This document shows positions 1 through 14,545 of a DNA stretch of 64,000 nt, in pieces. The notes under the pieces were generated by a model. The model was not told the origin of the DNA and did not search any database. It worked only from the letters and a program-made list of their open reading frames with translations. Both the position numbers and the translations under genes were made by a program. Origin of the DNA: Eledone cirrhosa (Eukaryota); contig OZ024742.1 of assembly GCA_964016885.1 (NCBI GenBank), positions 96,782,001 to 96,846,000 on the forward strand, written 5' to 3'. Numbering within the stretch: position 1 is the stretch's first letter; every line of letters begins with the position of its first letter.

Positions 1-650
1 TGAATAAGATGACAATGAGACAGAAGTTGAGGCAAAAATGTCATAGATATTTTTACAAAAAGAGTCTTGGAGAAATTGTTTTAATGATTTTGATTCATTG
101 ATTTCTGGGTCATAAAAATCCATGCAGCATTTAATCCTAATTTTACAAGAGCCATTCTGAAAAAATATGACAACTAGATTTTTATTCTGAAAAGTAAACA
201 AAAAAAGAGATGGGAAGAAGTAGAACTGTGATTATCACCACTGCCAGCAGATAAAAACTCAATGTTAAAAACAAAAGATAATAAAACATTATATACTGAT
301 TCACAATGAATGGTGGATGCCTAAACAACTTCACTTCATAACAGAGAGCCTGAAGATAGATAGATTGGATGTGTAGCTCAAATAATATCAGAGACTATGT
401 CATAATATGTTCAAGGGAACCTAGCTGTGATCTTCTTTGATAAGAGAACAAAACCATTGCCAATGAAAGCCACAGGCAGCAGAAATGCCACAGAGAATAT
501 CTATTAGAATATTATGGTGTACGGTATAAAATATGTAGTTAAGAGATCAATCAGTCAAAGGATCTCTCCACTGGTTGTTGTTGTCAATAGCAACTATTGA
601 AGCCATCATAATTTCAAGGAAACTTCAGGACTGAATTTTCAACATACACA
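1..650 (+). pseudogene. Possible highly decayed non-LTR retrotransposon RT remnant
   Basis: Fragmentary translations (NLAVIFFD around 418-441; a QRISPLV stretch resembling QGDSLSPL around 555-576) with many stops and frameshifts. Confidence 0.25.
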
Positions 651-734
651 TTATTAACTGTCACATTACAATTTCTCATTAAATGATCCTGATGATGATA
701 TATAAATTCCAAGTGTGTGCGTGTGTGCTTGTGT

Positions 735-1195
735 GAAGATGCATGGTAAGGATGTTTGGTTCCCAATTGTAAGGTTCAGAGTTTGATTCCTAGCAGTGCA
801 TTCTATCCTTCAGATGCTTTATTTCACACTGCTCCAGTCCTATTAGCTTGAGAAAATGAGTTGCACCTTTATTTCAAAGAACAAATCTTGCAATACTGAA
901 TGTGACTGAGAACTACAGTAAAGGTACATGAGTCTGTGTAATACTAAGCTACTTGTATGGTAATTTCATGAACAGGCTGTTCTGTTGATCAAACAATCAA
1001 AACTGAAGGAGCTCCAACACACTGATTTCTAACATAGGCATAATGTCAGTTAATTGAGGGAGAGGAAACTTGATTGCATCTACTCCTGAAAGAATAAAAG
1101 GCAAAATTAGCCTTTGTGGGGTTTGAACACAGAATACAAAGCGCCATAACATAAAACATTTGTCCAATGCTGTAATAATTCTGCCAATCTACTCT
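735..1195. mobile_element. Two old, decayed SINE copies (+ strand ~735-1000; - strand ~1030-1195)
   Basis: tRNA-like head followed by ttatttcacactgctccagtcc; second piece matches the reverse complement of the window's main SINE (aaaggcaaaattagcctttgtggggtttgaac). Confidence 0.45.
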
Positions 1196-1684
1196 CCTTC
1201 AAACACCAAAGAAATAACGAGAAAGTTACTTACATTACTAAATCTTTACAAATTCTTGATTATTTTCTAAATTATTTGAAAATCATAGACAGCGTCATTC
1301 ATTAGAAATATGGTAACAAAAGGGTTAAACATTGACCACTCATGTGATGTATTCCAACAACTTTTCTCTATGCATCTACATTCATGATAATACTAAGATA
1401 AAAGAGACCAATCCAATGCAATGGTTAGCACTGATTAACATTGGCTTAAGAAATAGCAGCTTCAAACAGACATACTCCACAGAATCTTAAAAGCAACATT
1501 CACAGTCGGTGGTGGTGGTTATGAGTGGAAGAGTGTTGGTTGTTTTATACAGCGTTTATAGTTTATAGCATTCTATATAGTATTGATACATTACAGACAT
1601 GGCAGGAGTGGACGAGGAGAAGATAGGATTGTTTTGAATCCTGGAAAATGAAAGGAAAATATCTTCTGAGACATGGGCCACAGC

Positions 1685-1890
1685 ATATTCATCATCATCA
1701 TTATCATAATCATGCTTATATTCATCGACAGATTAACCTTCAATACCCTTGTCATTGTTATCCTCATGACTAACATCATCATCACCATTGCCATAATAAT
1801 AATACACTGCCCCACCATCACCAACACAACTACTACCATACTGCCATCATCACCATCAACAATGTAATCACTATAATCAACTGCCACATC
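1685..1890. repeat. Degenerate (CAT/CAC)n trinucleotide low-complexity tract
   Basis: Runs such as catcatcattatcat and caccatcaccaacac; source of the Met/Ile-rich spurious ORFs. Confidence 0.8.
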
Positions 1891-2829
1891 TGGTAATTAA
1901 GTAACAAGCATATTTCACATGAAATCTTCATTGTGTGTCTCTTTATTATATAATGAGACATAAAGAGAGAGAAATACAAATGATACTCTGTTTGTCTGTG
2001 TGTCTATATGTGTTACTGTGTGAGTTTGAATACATGTGTCTGCATGTGTATATATACATCGCTACAGACACTCTTTCATCCACACAAACACACATAAATA
2101 TGTATACATGTATGTATATGAGTGTGAGTATATAAAAAGTGGTGATGCATTGGAAACAACATCATTAGTTCAAATACTGTCGAGGTCAACTTTGCCACTT
2201 TTATCATTCAAAGTTCGATAAAGTACCATTTCACTACTGGGGTTACCCCACCCCATGCTCTCTCTCTCTCTCTATATATATATATCTAAGAAAGCTGTAC
2301 TCCAGCCTGAAGTGTGATAGGGTCCACCAGGTTTTAAATAGTCAAGGCACATTGTATATCATGATGGTGCCCATACAACTCCACCAGGAGTTAACGGCCC
2401 TTTACTAATATAAAAACAAATGTACATTAGAGTGTTCCATTTTGCAAACTATTCACCAATCATCTCATATTAAATATGCCTGTGTTTGAGTTGATTAAAT
2501 AATAAAATATGACAAATTATCGGTCAATTGAATAACATTTAGGAATTGTACACTTTCATATCTTTTTATTCATGATGATTTTTTTTTACCTGGCTTTTGG
2601 TATATTTTCCTTTTTGTTCACTTTACTGAGTTCAATGAAGAAGCCACACAACAGAACGAAATGAAATGAAAATAAGCAGAAGGAATGTGATCTAAATACA
2701 CAATAATATTGAGGTTTAAAAAAAACATATTTTTCTAGATATCTCAACTCACATGGAGTAAGCTTAAGTTGTCTTTTTAACAGAACTAACTTGATCACAT
2801 ATATATGTCATCAGCAATCCAACAACTCT

Positions 2830-4120
2830 GGCTGGTGATATGCTCCTGGGACTGAGAAAAAGAAATAGAGGGATGTCCAAGCACCTAGGTAAAGAAGGAA
2901 GAGCTTTATGAATGCAACATAGTCTTCTCGGGGATGATCTCCAGAAAGCAATACAGTCAATAGTTATTCAACCCTCTCCTCCCTCTTTAGCTTTAAAATT
3001 CTTCCATGGACTCATCATCGTCCAGGATAGTTTTATAATGAGATTTATCGATGGAGTCCCAATGTTTCTGGAACCTTTTGAACATTTGGATAATGGGACC
3101 AGATGATGGGAAAATGATCTGAAAGACTTTCTTCAAAACCAGTTCAAGAATGTGATGGCAGCAAGCCAGTTGCAAAATGGATTTTCTCAGAGCTGCTTCA
3201 ATTTCCCTCTTAGCTCCTCAGTGTATGCCGGTGTTGCTGGTGGTGGTGTTCAAGGATATACCAATTATTCTATCATTAATTTTTGGTTATTTAATTTCCT
3301 TCGAAACAACTTCACCAATTTGTTGTCTGGTTCCAGTTGTTGTAATTGGAACACCTAAGAGGTCCTTCTTTCCTTTTCGTGTAATTAAAACTGCAATCTT
3401 ATCTTTGAGTGTAGTGGATTGGGAAGCCGATGGTAATAATTCTCCATCCCAGTGGAGTGATTTTCGGGTCAGGGCTGACTTGAAGATTTCATTATAGACA
3501 TTATCATTAATAGCTGAGCTGGATGATAAACTTTCAAGAGTTACTTTCTCAGACATCTTCTTGACTTCTTCATCCTGCTTTCTCTTTCTTACTTTCATAT
3601 CATGAATATCCTTTTCCTTCATCTGAATGGCTTACACATGTTCTGCATCAATACCAGCCAGGAATGAAGACATCTGATCTTGTTGCTGTATCTCAAGGAA
3701 AGCTTTGACTTCACATGGGCCATCCATTTGTTTGAATATCTTGGTTTGCAATGTCAACAATTTCCTCGACAATACCTTTCCAAATTTTATGCTTTGCAAT
3801 TGCTTTGTCAGTCATCCTTGATTTTTCCTTTTTCCATTTTGTTAGGGATATTTGCTTTACTCCACATTTCTTGGATCTTCTGGCATGTGTTTTAGAGCAA
3901 CTGAAAATGTCTCACCGAGTGTGATGGTAGAGAAAACACAACAGGACTTATTGTTTGGAAAAAAGTTGAGTCTGAATAACTGCCCCTTGGGCCTTTTTTA
4001 AAGCAGCCAAATGGCCTTTCTTGTTTCCATTTTCTTATTCTCTGTGATAGGTGAAAGCAAAAATCAATCAATATACCTTTAACGAACCTTTGAGTTTTAA
4101 CATTTCTGGAACCTATGAAA
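2830..4120 (-). pseudogene. Decayed hAT-like (DDE) DNA transposase
   Basis: In-frame minus-strand ORF pieces 3287-3622 and 2993-3175 with motifs LHWDGELL, LLGVP..TGT, TTSNTG, LACCHHILELVL (CxxH-type) and SSGPIIQMFKRFQKHW; interrupted by stops. Confidence 0.7.
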
Positions 4121-7100
4121 AGCTATGAAAAGCAAAAGAGAAGAAAATTATTTCTTTATTTTATGACAACACTTGTAACTTGATGAAAACCAGCATGTTT
4201 ACTACCCACTAGTATAACCACCACTGAACCAACAATGCAACATTCATGCGAAATACCCCCCCCCCCCCCCCCCCAAAAAAAAAATGTTATTCTGTCTATA
4301 TAGAATCAGTACTTAAGATGCAGGATTAAATAAAATATTCTAAGTTAAAGGTAATCTAAATTATTCTGTGATAAAATTTCCCCAATGACTATCTTTTTCT
4401 TTCAGATGAGAATGAGTTGTGACCTTGTAGAAATGCAACTATATCTATAGATTGGCATGAAATAATTTGTTTAACAATACTTTCAATAATTCGAAACGAT
4501 TGTAAGGGAAAAAATACTGTTTTTTGATGAAAGAAGATTAAATTTCCATTATTACTTTTGTCTATATATATGTGTATACATAGGTGTGTATGTATATATA
4601 TGTACACACAGACTGACATGGTGTGTTTTTTCAGCTTAGAATACATACACTGTAACCCTGCATATTGTAAGAAGTGACAAAAAGGAAGAATATCTGGCTG
4701 TAAAACATTGCCTCAAATAGTTCCACTCAACCCATGCTAGCTTCAAAATGCTGACATAAAAACTATGATGATAATGATGACATGCATTTGACTTCATGCA
4801 TAATATGCATAATAGTATGTGGATTAATTTCCATTGTATCTGCTTACATGTATAAACGACGTTCACCAGACAACACATTTTTTATTTTTCCTGTATCTTT
4901 CTCTCTCTCTCCGCCATTATTTCTCTTTCTCTCCCCCCATCTCTGTCTCTGTATATCTATCTATATATCTATCTATATATATATAAGTGGGGGTGAACAA
5001 TTGAGAGATTAACAGACTGTGTGTAATTATGAAATCAATTAATGATAGCACACATTTTCCTAAGAGCATGCTTAATTAGGTTGTATATATGCATGCATGC
5101 TTGCATTCTTTAGTATGTGTGTATTTGCATGTGCAGGTATGCATGCATGTACATCTATCTGTGCCAGTTTATATGTATACGAACAATGTAAGATTTGCTT
5201 GCTTCTAAAATTGTTGCACATACAGAAACACACACACACACACATAAACAGTCTAAATCATATATGATGGCTGTCCGTGGAAAACTATCACTAACTCTTA
5301 ACAAAGAGTGTGTTTTTGACAGTGTCTCAGCAGACCTTATAAACAAAGCTGCACATCAATATGTTGAAGTGTATTTTGGTGTATAGTATTGTATTTTTAA
5401 TCCAATAGATTTTCAAACCTTCCTACATGAACTGCATGTTACACTCGTTATTGCTGTGAACTTACTGTAGTTAACCTTTTATCTGCCCATATGAATTCGT
5501 AGTTGACGAATTAGACCAAATATATAACAAGAAATATCACATCAAGTCTACTGGCATCCATTTCAGAAACTTTGATTATTTGTACAGCTTGCTTTCCAAA
5601 ACACCAACTTTTATCCATTTTCTCTATTGATGGCAATGAAGAGTATTTGTTTCCCTGTTCTTCTCCCATATTTCAAATATCTTCAAACAGGACTTTAGAA
5701 GCAAATTTAGCTAATCTAACATAAGCAGAGGACAACAGAGCAACAAATATAAAAATATGGAAAAAATGTTGAATGAAATGCTTGTATGTATGCAATGCTT
5801 GACAGTTAGCTTTTAATATTCAAACAGCAATTTGGCAGTCATTAGAGTATGTAATAAAATGTTTGTAGTATTTGTTTTAGTTATTTCATTCTGATTTGCA
5901 ATCCTACCATGGTCTAATTTCTTTCCTTTTTTTTTAAATTGCAGTAAAATAAATTACCAATCTAGGGTTATGGTTTAGAAAAGTCTTTAGTGTGGGTTAT
6001 GATAACTTGTAGTATCTGTTATGGATCTTTGCATTCTGAATTCAAATACTGATGTGGTCTACATGGCTGGTAATTTTAATCCATCAGTCAATTTTACACC
6101 CTTACCTGGGTCTACGGTGCCTTTTACAAAATCCACTCTGTTGCAAGTATGCAGGCCAAGGATATGAATAGTAGCATTCCACTATTTGTTATATTTTTAC
6201 CTAAAGTTTAATATTTACTTGCTATTCAACATATTTCAGACATTGGAAGAAAATAACTTAAATGTAGTAAATTATTTGAAATTTCTTCCCCTACCTTATG
6301 GAAACGCAAATTAGGCTCTCATTCCTTTAAGATTTGGAAATGTATAGTAAAATAGTAAAGGTTGGTAAATATACTTTTGGCAATGCTACCTTAACAGGCC
6401 TGATAGGCGAGAAGAAATTTCACACATCTCCACATTTGACCCTAGTTGAAACTGGTCATTCCACTCTTGCTATGTTTCTGGAAATGTATGACATGTGTGA
6501 AAGGATAATCTGAGGTAGAATTATCTTTATTAGCAAGTATCTAGCGACTGCCAACATTCACAGATATGCCAGAAATATAAAACCCTCTCCCATTACCATC
6601 TAATCAATTTTCTTTTGTATGTTGACTTTAACAACTTTTATGTCAATAACCTAAAGTCAAATATTACGTCAATACACTGATGTCAAACATCCTGTGACGA
6701 ATTTGAATGGGTGAATATTTCCTTTATAAATCCCGATTGCATTTCAAATAAACACACACAAAATTTAAACAGTACAAACATGACATCAATTATCTAATAT
6801 ATAGCATTCTTACAGTTAAAATATTCTCTCTTGATACACAACCCTAATATAATGGAAATGGGTTTTGTGATATAATATTGGAAATGTGCCAATATTAATA
6901 TGTACGTATTTGTTTTGGGTTTTAGTAACGGTATATGATTAAAGTAGAAATCGTCCACAATAGAATGTTTCTTAACTGTTTAAAATCGCAATTTTATTTA
7001 ATAGGGATGTTTAGTTTTATGCTGTGTGTATAATACATTAGTAAAAAATCTAGTTCATTCAACCAATTTTATTTATGAGGAAAATAACAATTAAACTCAG

Positions 7101-8042
7101 TTATTGAATGACAACTTTAATGCATGAAAATAGAGAAATAGAATGGCAAGTATGTTAATTAGCATCTGAGAAAAATAATGTAGATTGGCCCATTTGCCAT
7201 GACCATTCAGTTTGATAATCTTAATAGTTTTAATTTAAGCTGTATTGGACCTCAGAAGTATTTCAGGTTTTTAATCAGCCTAAAATACCCAAGCATTTAT
7301 AAATTATTGTGGATGCAAGATGAACTAATGGCTAAGGAGTTTGTTTTGCAAACTGTACATCCTCATGAGCATGTGTCCTTTACCATAGCTTCAAGTAGAT
7401 CCACGATTTGCGTATGAAATCGTGTAAACAAAAATTGTTTGGAAGCCTGTCTGGTAGACTGAATCTGTGATTCAAAGGAGCAGCCTTGTTACACATTATG
7501 TGACATTGAAACTCTCTGAGAATTATGTTAAACATCTGGTAAAAATACTGTCGAAATAAACAGTTATCCATTCCATATAGATATACTGTGAATGCAGACT
7601 TTTTGAATATGAATTGTTACTTTGCATGTAGCATGTAGCACAGTCTGTAAAATATACAGGGCTTGTAGCATGCACTATTCTTGCAATTATTTTATTCTGG
7701 CCTTCATTAGGCACTCAATCTGCAAGAAATAATATTACCTATTTCGCTCATAAATAACATACTGTTGTATTTAAAAGGGAAGGACATATTTGATAATGTA
7801 ATTCAAGGTAGTCTATGTTTGAATAGAAAACACAACGATCCTAAACACAACTATTTTTGTGTAGGCAAGACGTTCACTTCAGAATTTTGTGGCTTCTCAT
7901 TCAGTCCCACTGTGCACTACCAAAACTTCAAATTGATCAAAGCTTTTTAGGTATAATCTGTAAGACATAAACTATGTGGAAGCCTGTTGAAGTAAACGTT
8001 TTTAAGTGGTAGATTAATTTGTCACCTAGTTTAACATCAAAA

Positions 8043-8491
8043 TTTAGTGGATTGGTCATTGGGTTATTACTCCGGTAAATACCACTGCATGCCAACCACT
8101 AATTTAATTTGAAAGAAGATATAGAAGAACTTTTATGTAATTTTCCTTGGTTAGAATTATCTCTCTACATTCGAAGTAATAATTGAAGCATGACGAATAT
8201 CTCAAAACGAGTATCAATAACAATTGGTATTTATCGTAGTGCGTATATTACAATTTGGTAACAAAACGTACCTTGTTACATGATAGAAGTGTAATCCTGA
8301 AATACAAGATAGGATTAAAAACAGCTTAACATATTTGTGCTCGGTGTGGTCAGTTCGAGAGCCTGTTGCCGAAGAGGGAGATTGCCCTTTTCTCTTTCTT
8401 TTATAATACCTGGAACGGAGGTTCAAGGAATGTTCTAGAAATTCTACGGGAAGTAACTCTAGCTACTTCTCTTTATCTAGAGCGCGCTACA
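8043..8491 (-). repeat. 3' LTR of the Gypsy element (~450 bp)
   Basis: Minus strand begins TGTAG at 8491, just after a polypurine tract (plus-strand ctcccctctc ~8495-8505), and ends CTAAA (degenerate CTACA); 8043-8223 matches 12397-12578. Confidence 0.8.
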
Positions 8492-11400
8492 AGACTCCCC
8501 TCTCAGAAGAGAAGTCGAATAACCAACCGAAGGTCATTGTAGCGAGAACCCGTAAGAAATGAGGAGCAAAGCAAAGGAACAAGAAAGTGCATGAATAAAA
8601 CATGAGCTCGTAACTGAAGCAAATAGCAAAATAGCACAAAACAAGTAAATGCATTTTACAAAGAAAACATTTTTTTTGGCTGCACAAGGATGATGCAGAA
8701 ACAATGTAAATGTAACAAAACTGATAACTCAAAGTTAACATAAAGGAGCAGAGAAAAATAAATGCTCAATGGTAAGTTCAAAGTTTCTTCAGAATCAAAT
8801 AGTTCATACATCACCAGTGTACAGACTTTTCTGACACTAATTCTATCTGAAACTGAAAAGAGTTTGTTAATGCCACTAGGGGTTAAATGTATATAGTTTC
8901 TGACAATTTATGTGGCCATTTTACTGTTCTGCCACTTTGTGTGACATAAAGTTGTGTGGTATGTGGTGTTTACAGTGGAGGTGAAGGTGTTGGTGTAGGA
9001 GTGAATGTACGAGTTATATCAGGCATTGAAATGAGACTTTCAGAGAAAGCCCTCTATGCTCTGTCAATGGATATTGTCCCTTTTCAACCATTGACAGCCA
9101 CTGTGAAATGTTTTGGTGTGTAAGAAAGCACACGAAAAGGTCCCTTATAGGGTGACGTATGCGGACCCTTGTCGGAATCATTCCGTATAAAAATGTGTGT
9201 CCATGTAGAGATGTCCGATGGAACAGCAGAAGAAATAGACTGGTCATGAGGGTTCATTGGTGGAGCTGAATTTACCAAGAGGAGCGCGAACATGCCGATG
9301 AACCTTAGAGTGCTGACATTGCAAACAAGAACGTGCCCAACCGGTAATTAAACCTTAGAGTGCTGACATTGCAAACAAGAACGTGCCCAACCGGTAATTA
9401 AACGATGCATGTTAAGCCAGAAGACTCGGGCCATGATAAGCTTCACCGTGGCAGCTATGCTGGGATGCGACAAGGAATGAAGTGCATCAAAAATGGTACG
9501 CTGATGACAATCTGGAAGAAGTGGTGTGGGTGAGCCGGTAGAAATGTCACAAAGAATTTTACCTTCAGCAGACGGAAGAGGTAAATATTCAAACTTACAG
9601 CAGGAAAACTGGGTAGAAGTATCCAGAGAATCCAAAGAAGGTTGGTCAGTCGCAATGGCAACCAAATCAATATGTGCAGAAGACGCAAGGGAGCACACAG
9701 GGAGACGAGACAGTGCGTCCGCGGATACGTTGGCAGCTCCAGCTATATGACGAATGTCACTGGTGTACTGGGAGATGAAATCCAAATGCCTGTATGCCCT
9801 CAGAGATTAACTGTCGGATTTGGATTGAAGAGCGAATGTGAGTGGTTTATGGTCTATGAAAACCGTGAACTCCCGACCTTCAAGAAGATGGTGGAAGTGT
9901 CTCACAGCAAGATAAACTGCTAAAAGCTCTCTGTCAAAAGTACAGTAACGTTGCTCTATTGGTTTTAGTTGGTGTGAGAAAAACGCCAGTGGTTGAAACT
10001 GGTGGTTGATTGTATGTTGCAAGACTGCTCCGACAGCATGATCGGATGCATTGACAGTTAAGGATAGCCTCGTGTTCGCAAAAGGATGAGCCAGAAATGA
10101 AACTTTAGCTATTTCAGACTTGATGGATTCAAAAGACTGCAAAGCATCGGCAGAAAGTGAAATGGGAGCATCTTTCTTTTTCGCAGCCTTTAAAAACTGT
10201 GTCAAGGGAAACAACTTGTCCGCACAGCTAGGGATGAAACGACGATAAAAGTTGATTAATCCTAAGAAATAACGTAACTGCCTCAATGAGAGGGGGGGGG
10301 GGCGATTAACTGAATCGCTTCCATCCTAGATGGCAGAGGTCGAATGCCTTCTGAATCTATCAGATGTCCTAGGAATTCCAGTGAAGCTGTATCAAACACA
10401 CATTTAGCTGGGTTGATTCTGACCTGGTACGATTGAAGACCTTGAAATAACTGAGATAGATGTTGATGATGATGTTAAGCTGTGTCGCTGGCTATTAGGA
10501 TGTCATCCACATAAGCAAACACGAAATCCAATCCACGCATGACTTCATCGATAAAACGTTGGAACGTGCTAGAGACATTCCGCAAACCAAAAGGCATGGA
10601 CAGGAATTCAAATGAACCAAAGGAGGTAGTCACGGCTGTCTTTGGTATATCATCTAGATTCATGGGTATCTGGTGGTATGCACGTACTAGATCTATTTTA
10701 GAAAATATCGTGCATCCATGAAGAACGGATGAAACATCCTGTAGGTTGGGTAAACGATAACGATCAGGTGTGGTGATAGTGTTAAGCCTTCGGTAATCTT
10801 CTACCCGTCTAAAATCCGCCTCACCCTTTCAAGCCAAGTGCAGTGGAGATGCCCATGGGCTGGTGGAAGGTCGTATTAGACCGAGCTGGAGCATGTGCTC
10901 GAACTCGTCTCGGGCTTTTTTTAGTCTATCCGGAGCCAACCTTCATGGACGAGAGAAAACAGGTGGACCAGTCGTTGTAATGAAGTGTTGAGTCGCGTGG
11001 ACTGCCTGGGTAGGTTTAAATGAAATATCCGTTAACTCGGGAAACGAAGTAAGGAGTGCATGAAACTGATTTCCAGCGGCAGCCACAAAAAAACGACGGA
11101 TTGACAGCAGCAGCGGTAGATTTACGAGTAGGCGTAGATAAGGATGAGGTATTATCCACAAGCTTCTGTTACCTGACATCTACCAAAAGTGAATAGTGGT
11201 GTAAGAAATCCGCACCGAGAATAGGATGAGGTAGGTCGGCAAGGACGAAAGTCCATTTATAATCTCGACGCAAAGGTAGGTCCAATGATAAAAATATCTG
11301 TCCAATGATAAAAATATCTCTCCATAGGTTTTTATAGGAGACTGGTTGACTGCATACAAAGATATGCTGGAAAAAGTTGGCTTGGTATAGCTGAAACGTA

Positions 11401-12396
11401 AGGGCCAAATACTGCATGTTGATCTTGTGTCGACCATGAATGACTTGTTTGAGACTCGTTTGAGCACGATAAGGTGAAATGTTAAGGGAGAGATCTGCCA
11501 TGCCCAGATTCTCCAAACTTAGTTTTCCGATGCCCCATAAGAGCAGGGCTTGATACAATGATGTGCCTTATCACTGAAACGCGCATGGTACCAACACAAA
11601 GAAGAACTCCCCTACTGGGGAGTTGGTACGTTGGTGAGAAGAAAAACACCGACTTCGTGAATGCCGCTTAGGTGGAGCTCGATCACGACACAGTTTAACT
11701 ACTTGACGTGTTAACCCGTCAATAGCTCTCAACATGGCTTCCTCACTAGGTGAGGCATGCTGTTGTTTAGGAATAGAAGAAGCAATGACCGAATCAGCCG
11801 AGGTAGGTCCCCTACAAAATTCTGTCTGCAGAGGCAGCAATTTGTTCTATAGAACTGGTGTCAACCATATTCGCCAATATGGTTTGCACATTGGTCGACA
11901 ATCGGGAGAAGAATAACTTCTTTACGAAGGAACTGTCTTCGGGCGCAGCATCGCCGAGTTCTCGGATACGCCGTAAAACTCTGAAGGAGTTCTGTCCCCC
12001 AGATTTTCATCTTCCAATAATGAACGAAATCTACTCTCAGACGACTAACTGTTCCTATACGCAGTACTTCTGTCTTCAGAGACTCGTACGAGGCGCCTTG
12101 TGGAGGGTCTTTTATGATGTCCTTTACTGTAGTTGCCAGCGAAGCGGGAATTCCACTAATCAGCACGTGTAGTTTTTGCTGTGCTACCTGTACTCCGTTG
12201 GCAGCAAAATACGCATCTAGCTGGGCAAACCACAATTTAGCTTTACCAGAATAAGCCGGTAACGATGTGTTGCTCATATTTGTGACACAGTGGATGCTGA
12301 GCGAGGAATGCTCATAGACAAAACTTGGTCAGATAAACAGAAGCGAGAGACATGATTTTCAGGAGAAATTTTTATGTTTAAACGTCGAGTCACGAC

Positions 12397-12578
12397 TTTA
12401 GTTGATTGGTCATTGGGTTATTTACTCCGGTAAATACCATTGCATACCAACCACTAATTTAATTTGAAAGAAGTTATAGAAGAACTTTTACGTAAATTTC
12501 CTTGGTTAGAATTATCTCTCTACATTCGAAGTAATAATTGAAGCATGACGAATAGCTCAAAACGAGTATCAATAACAA
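12397..12578 (-). repeat. Truncated 5' LTR with adjacent degenerate PBS
   Basis: Near-identical to 8043-8223; followed on the minus strand by tcgtgactcgacgt, resembling a TGGTGACCCCGACGT-type Gypsy PBS; homology stops where the 12587 inverted repeat starts. Confidence 0.8.
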
Positions 12579-12586
12579 CTTGTATT

Positions 12587-12874
12587 GATGATTGAACGTC
12601 TGAAAGTATATACTTTCCTTATGCATATTAACGGCTTAGCAGCCTAATTTGCATATCGAGTGAGTTAATCGGCCGGGCGCACCAAAAACGATAAACGGAA
12701 AAAATGAAACGAAATTTCATTTCTCACTCTTAGTACGGCTGTTACTTAAATATAAGTATGTATACGTACATACATATATGTATAAAGGCCGATTAACTCA
12801 CTCGATATGCAAATTAAGCTGCTCAGCCGTTAATATGCATAAGGAAAGTATATACTTTCAGACGTTCAATCATC
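12587..12874. repeat. Inverted repeat (88-bp arms, 12587-12674 and 12787-12874); MITE or fold-back-like
   Basis: Arms are reverse complements with 2 mismatches; each contains the octamer ATGCAAAT and the palindrome gaaagtatatactttc; related sequence near 47220-47300. Confidence 0.85.
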
Positions 12875-14430
12875 TGGCAGGAAGGTATACGGTGCTAATA
12901 AGCTTGAAACTAGTACATCGTTCCTTTGTCAGTGTTGAACAAAAGGGCAACGATGGTTGCTAAACACTGTATGGCTTAATTCGGGATGTTTGTTTACAAA
13001 CACACTGAGCATTATAATTAATGTTCGGTGAATGCATACGTACATATATATGTGTGTGCATGTATGTGTATATATAGATACTAATGTACGTATGTATACA
13101 TATATGTATGTACGTATACATACTTATATATATATATATATTATGGTTTTCTATATCAATTGTGATGCAATTGCAGAGATCAAACCATCTGTGTGAGATT
13201 GTCAAGATAATATTGTTTCGGTGTTATTTTCTTAAAACACTATGCAAGGGCAACATCTCAGAAAATTTAATATTTACAGTTCAACTCTTAATCTTCTGTT
13301 TGCTGAATTCTCGTCCCTGCATGATGGGTTATTATAAATCCTAACAGGGTGGTTATCTGACGCTTTAACAATGAATTGTTTGCACCTAAAGAAAACTACT
13401 GAAAAGTTGTAAACAAAAGTTAATTATAAGGTAACATATCAGCAATTCATATTATCTTTTCAAACAACCTTATCCAAACTGTGACCTTAACTATCTAAAC
13501 CTTATTCAATCATATTTTAATCAGGTATGATAATCTTTACTCTTGTATTTTTAGATGTGCCCTCCTCTATTTTTCATCACATGCTGATAGCAGTAGATTA
13601 CAACTAATTAAAACATTCTTTGAGATGATAAGCTGCTGGAAATATTTCAGAAAACAAATGTTTTTATTGTAATTTAACTTTAAGCATTAAAGATGACACC
13701 TGCTTATTTGATTAATGAATTAATGAATACTTTAGATTGATTTTTATGCGAAGTAGGGTTTAATTTTTCAGTTACACAAGCTAAAGTTATTCAGACATAG
13801 TTTAAATGAATGAACCACAGAAGAGTCTGTACAAAAAAAAAAGAAAGAAAATAGAATTTCCAACTTAACCCTAATTAAATTTTACTTTATTCTAATTATC
13901 AAGTGGATATTTATTCAATCAATCAGGTGTCATGCTATTCAACATAGGTGATCAATCATGTCGCTAACAATCTAGATTGTTGTTGTTGCTTTCTCTGCTG
14001 CTAACCAAGATGTCAACCAATCCATTAATTTTAACCCATTCATTACCATATTGTTAATGAAATACACTATTCCAATCATTTATTAAGGTATTTCTGAGAG
14101 ATTTATTAAAATTAATTATTTCATTATAAATATTTGTAATATAATTCATAATAAAACATTTGATCAGATTATGGCGAAAGATTTTAATTCAAATTGGAAC
14201 CTTCAAAATGAGTTGCTTTGTTTCATAGAATTAGAGCCCAATTTCGGCTGTTTAGTATTATCTATGTTTACCACTATTTCATTTTCTGATTATCTTTCCT
14301 CTTGTTTCAGATAATTTTTTTCCATATGACAAGTCCAAAGATATTAATTGCTGTATTTTATTTTTTATTATATATAAACAGACAACATTCAACATGATTT
14401 AATAATTTTAATTTTATCTTATAATATAAT

Positions 14431-14545
14431 TGTTTCTACTTTTGACACAAGGCCAGCAATTACCTCAGTGCATTACTGGTACCTTATTTTATCGACCCCG
14501 TAAGGATGAAAGGCAAAGTTAACCTCGGTGGGATTTGAACTCACA
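14431..14545 (-). mobile_element. SINE, 5'-truncated
   Basis: Reverse complement of the family body (gttcaaatcc..ctttgcctttcatccttacggggtcgataaaataa..gtagaaaca). Confidence 0.85.

Larger units (their letters stand above)
8043..12578 (-). mobile_element. Ty3/Gypsy LTR retrotransposon, decayed (gag-PR-RT-RH-partial IN)
   Basis: gag (LWFAQLDAYF, 11861-12277), protease (FMVDTRS; ILGADFL), RT (KTAVTTSFGSFEFLSMPFGL..YVDDILI), RNase H (ASDHAVGAVL..DRELLAVY..DHKPL) and integrase HHCC zinc finger (HSLSHPS..CLQC); frameshifted; direct repeats 8043-8223 and 12397-12578. Confidence 0.95.

Noticed and set aside
7779-7951. Possible small host exons with AG/GT boundaries
   Set aside because: Intron would be only ~55 nt, frames conflict or stop, and no recognisable protein.
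12580-12625. HHR-like ttgatga..gaaa-gtatatac-tt in the inverted repeat arm
   Set aside because: No pairing stem II or stem I; the mirror arm lacks the core.
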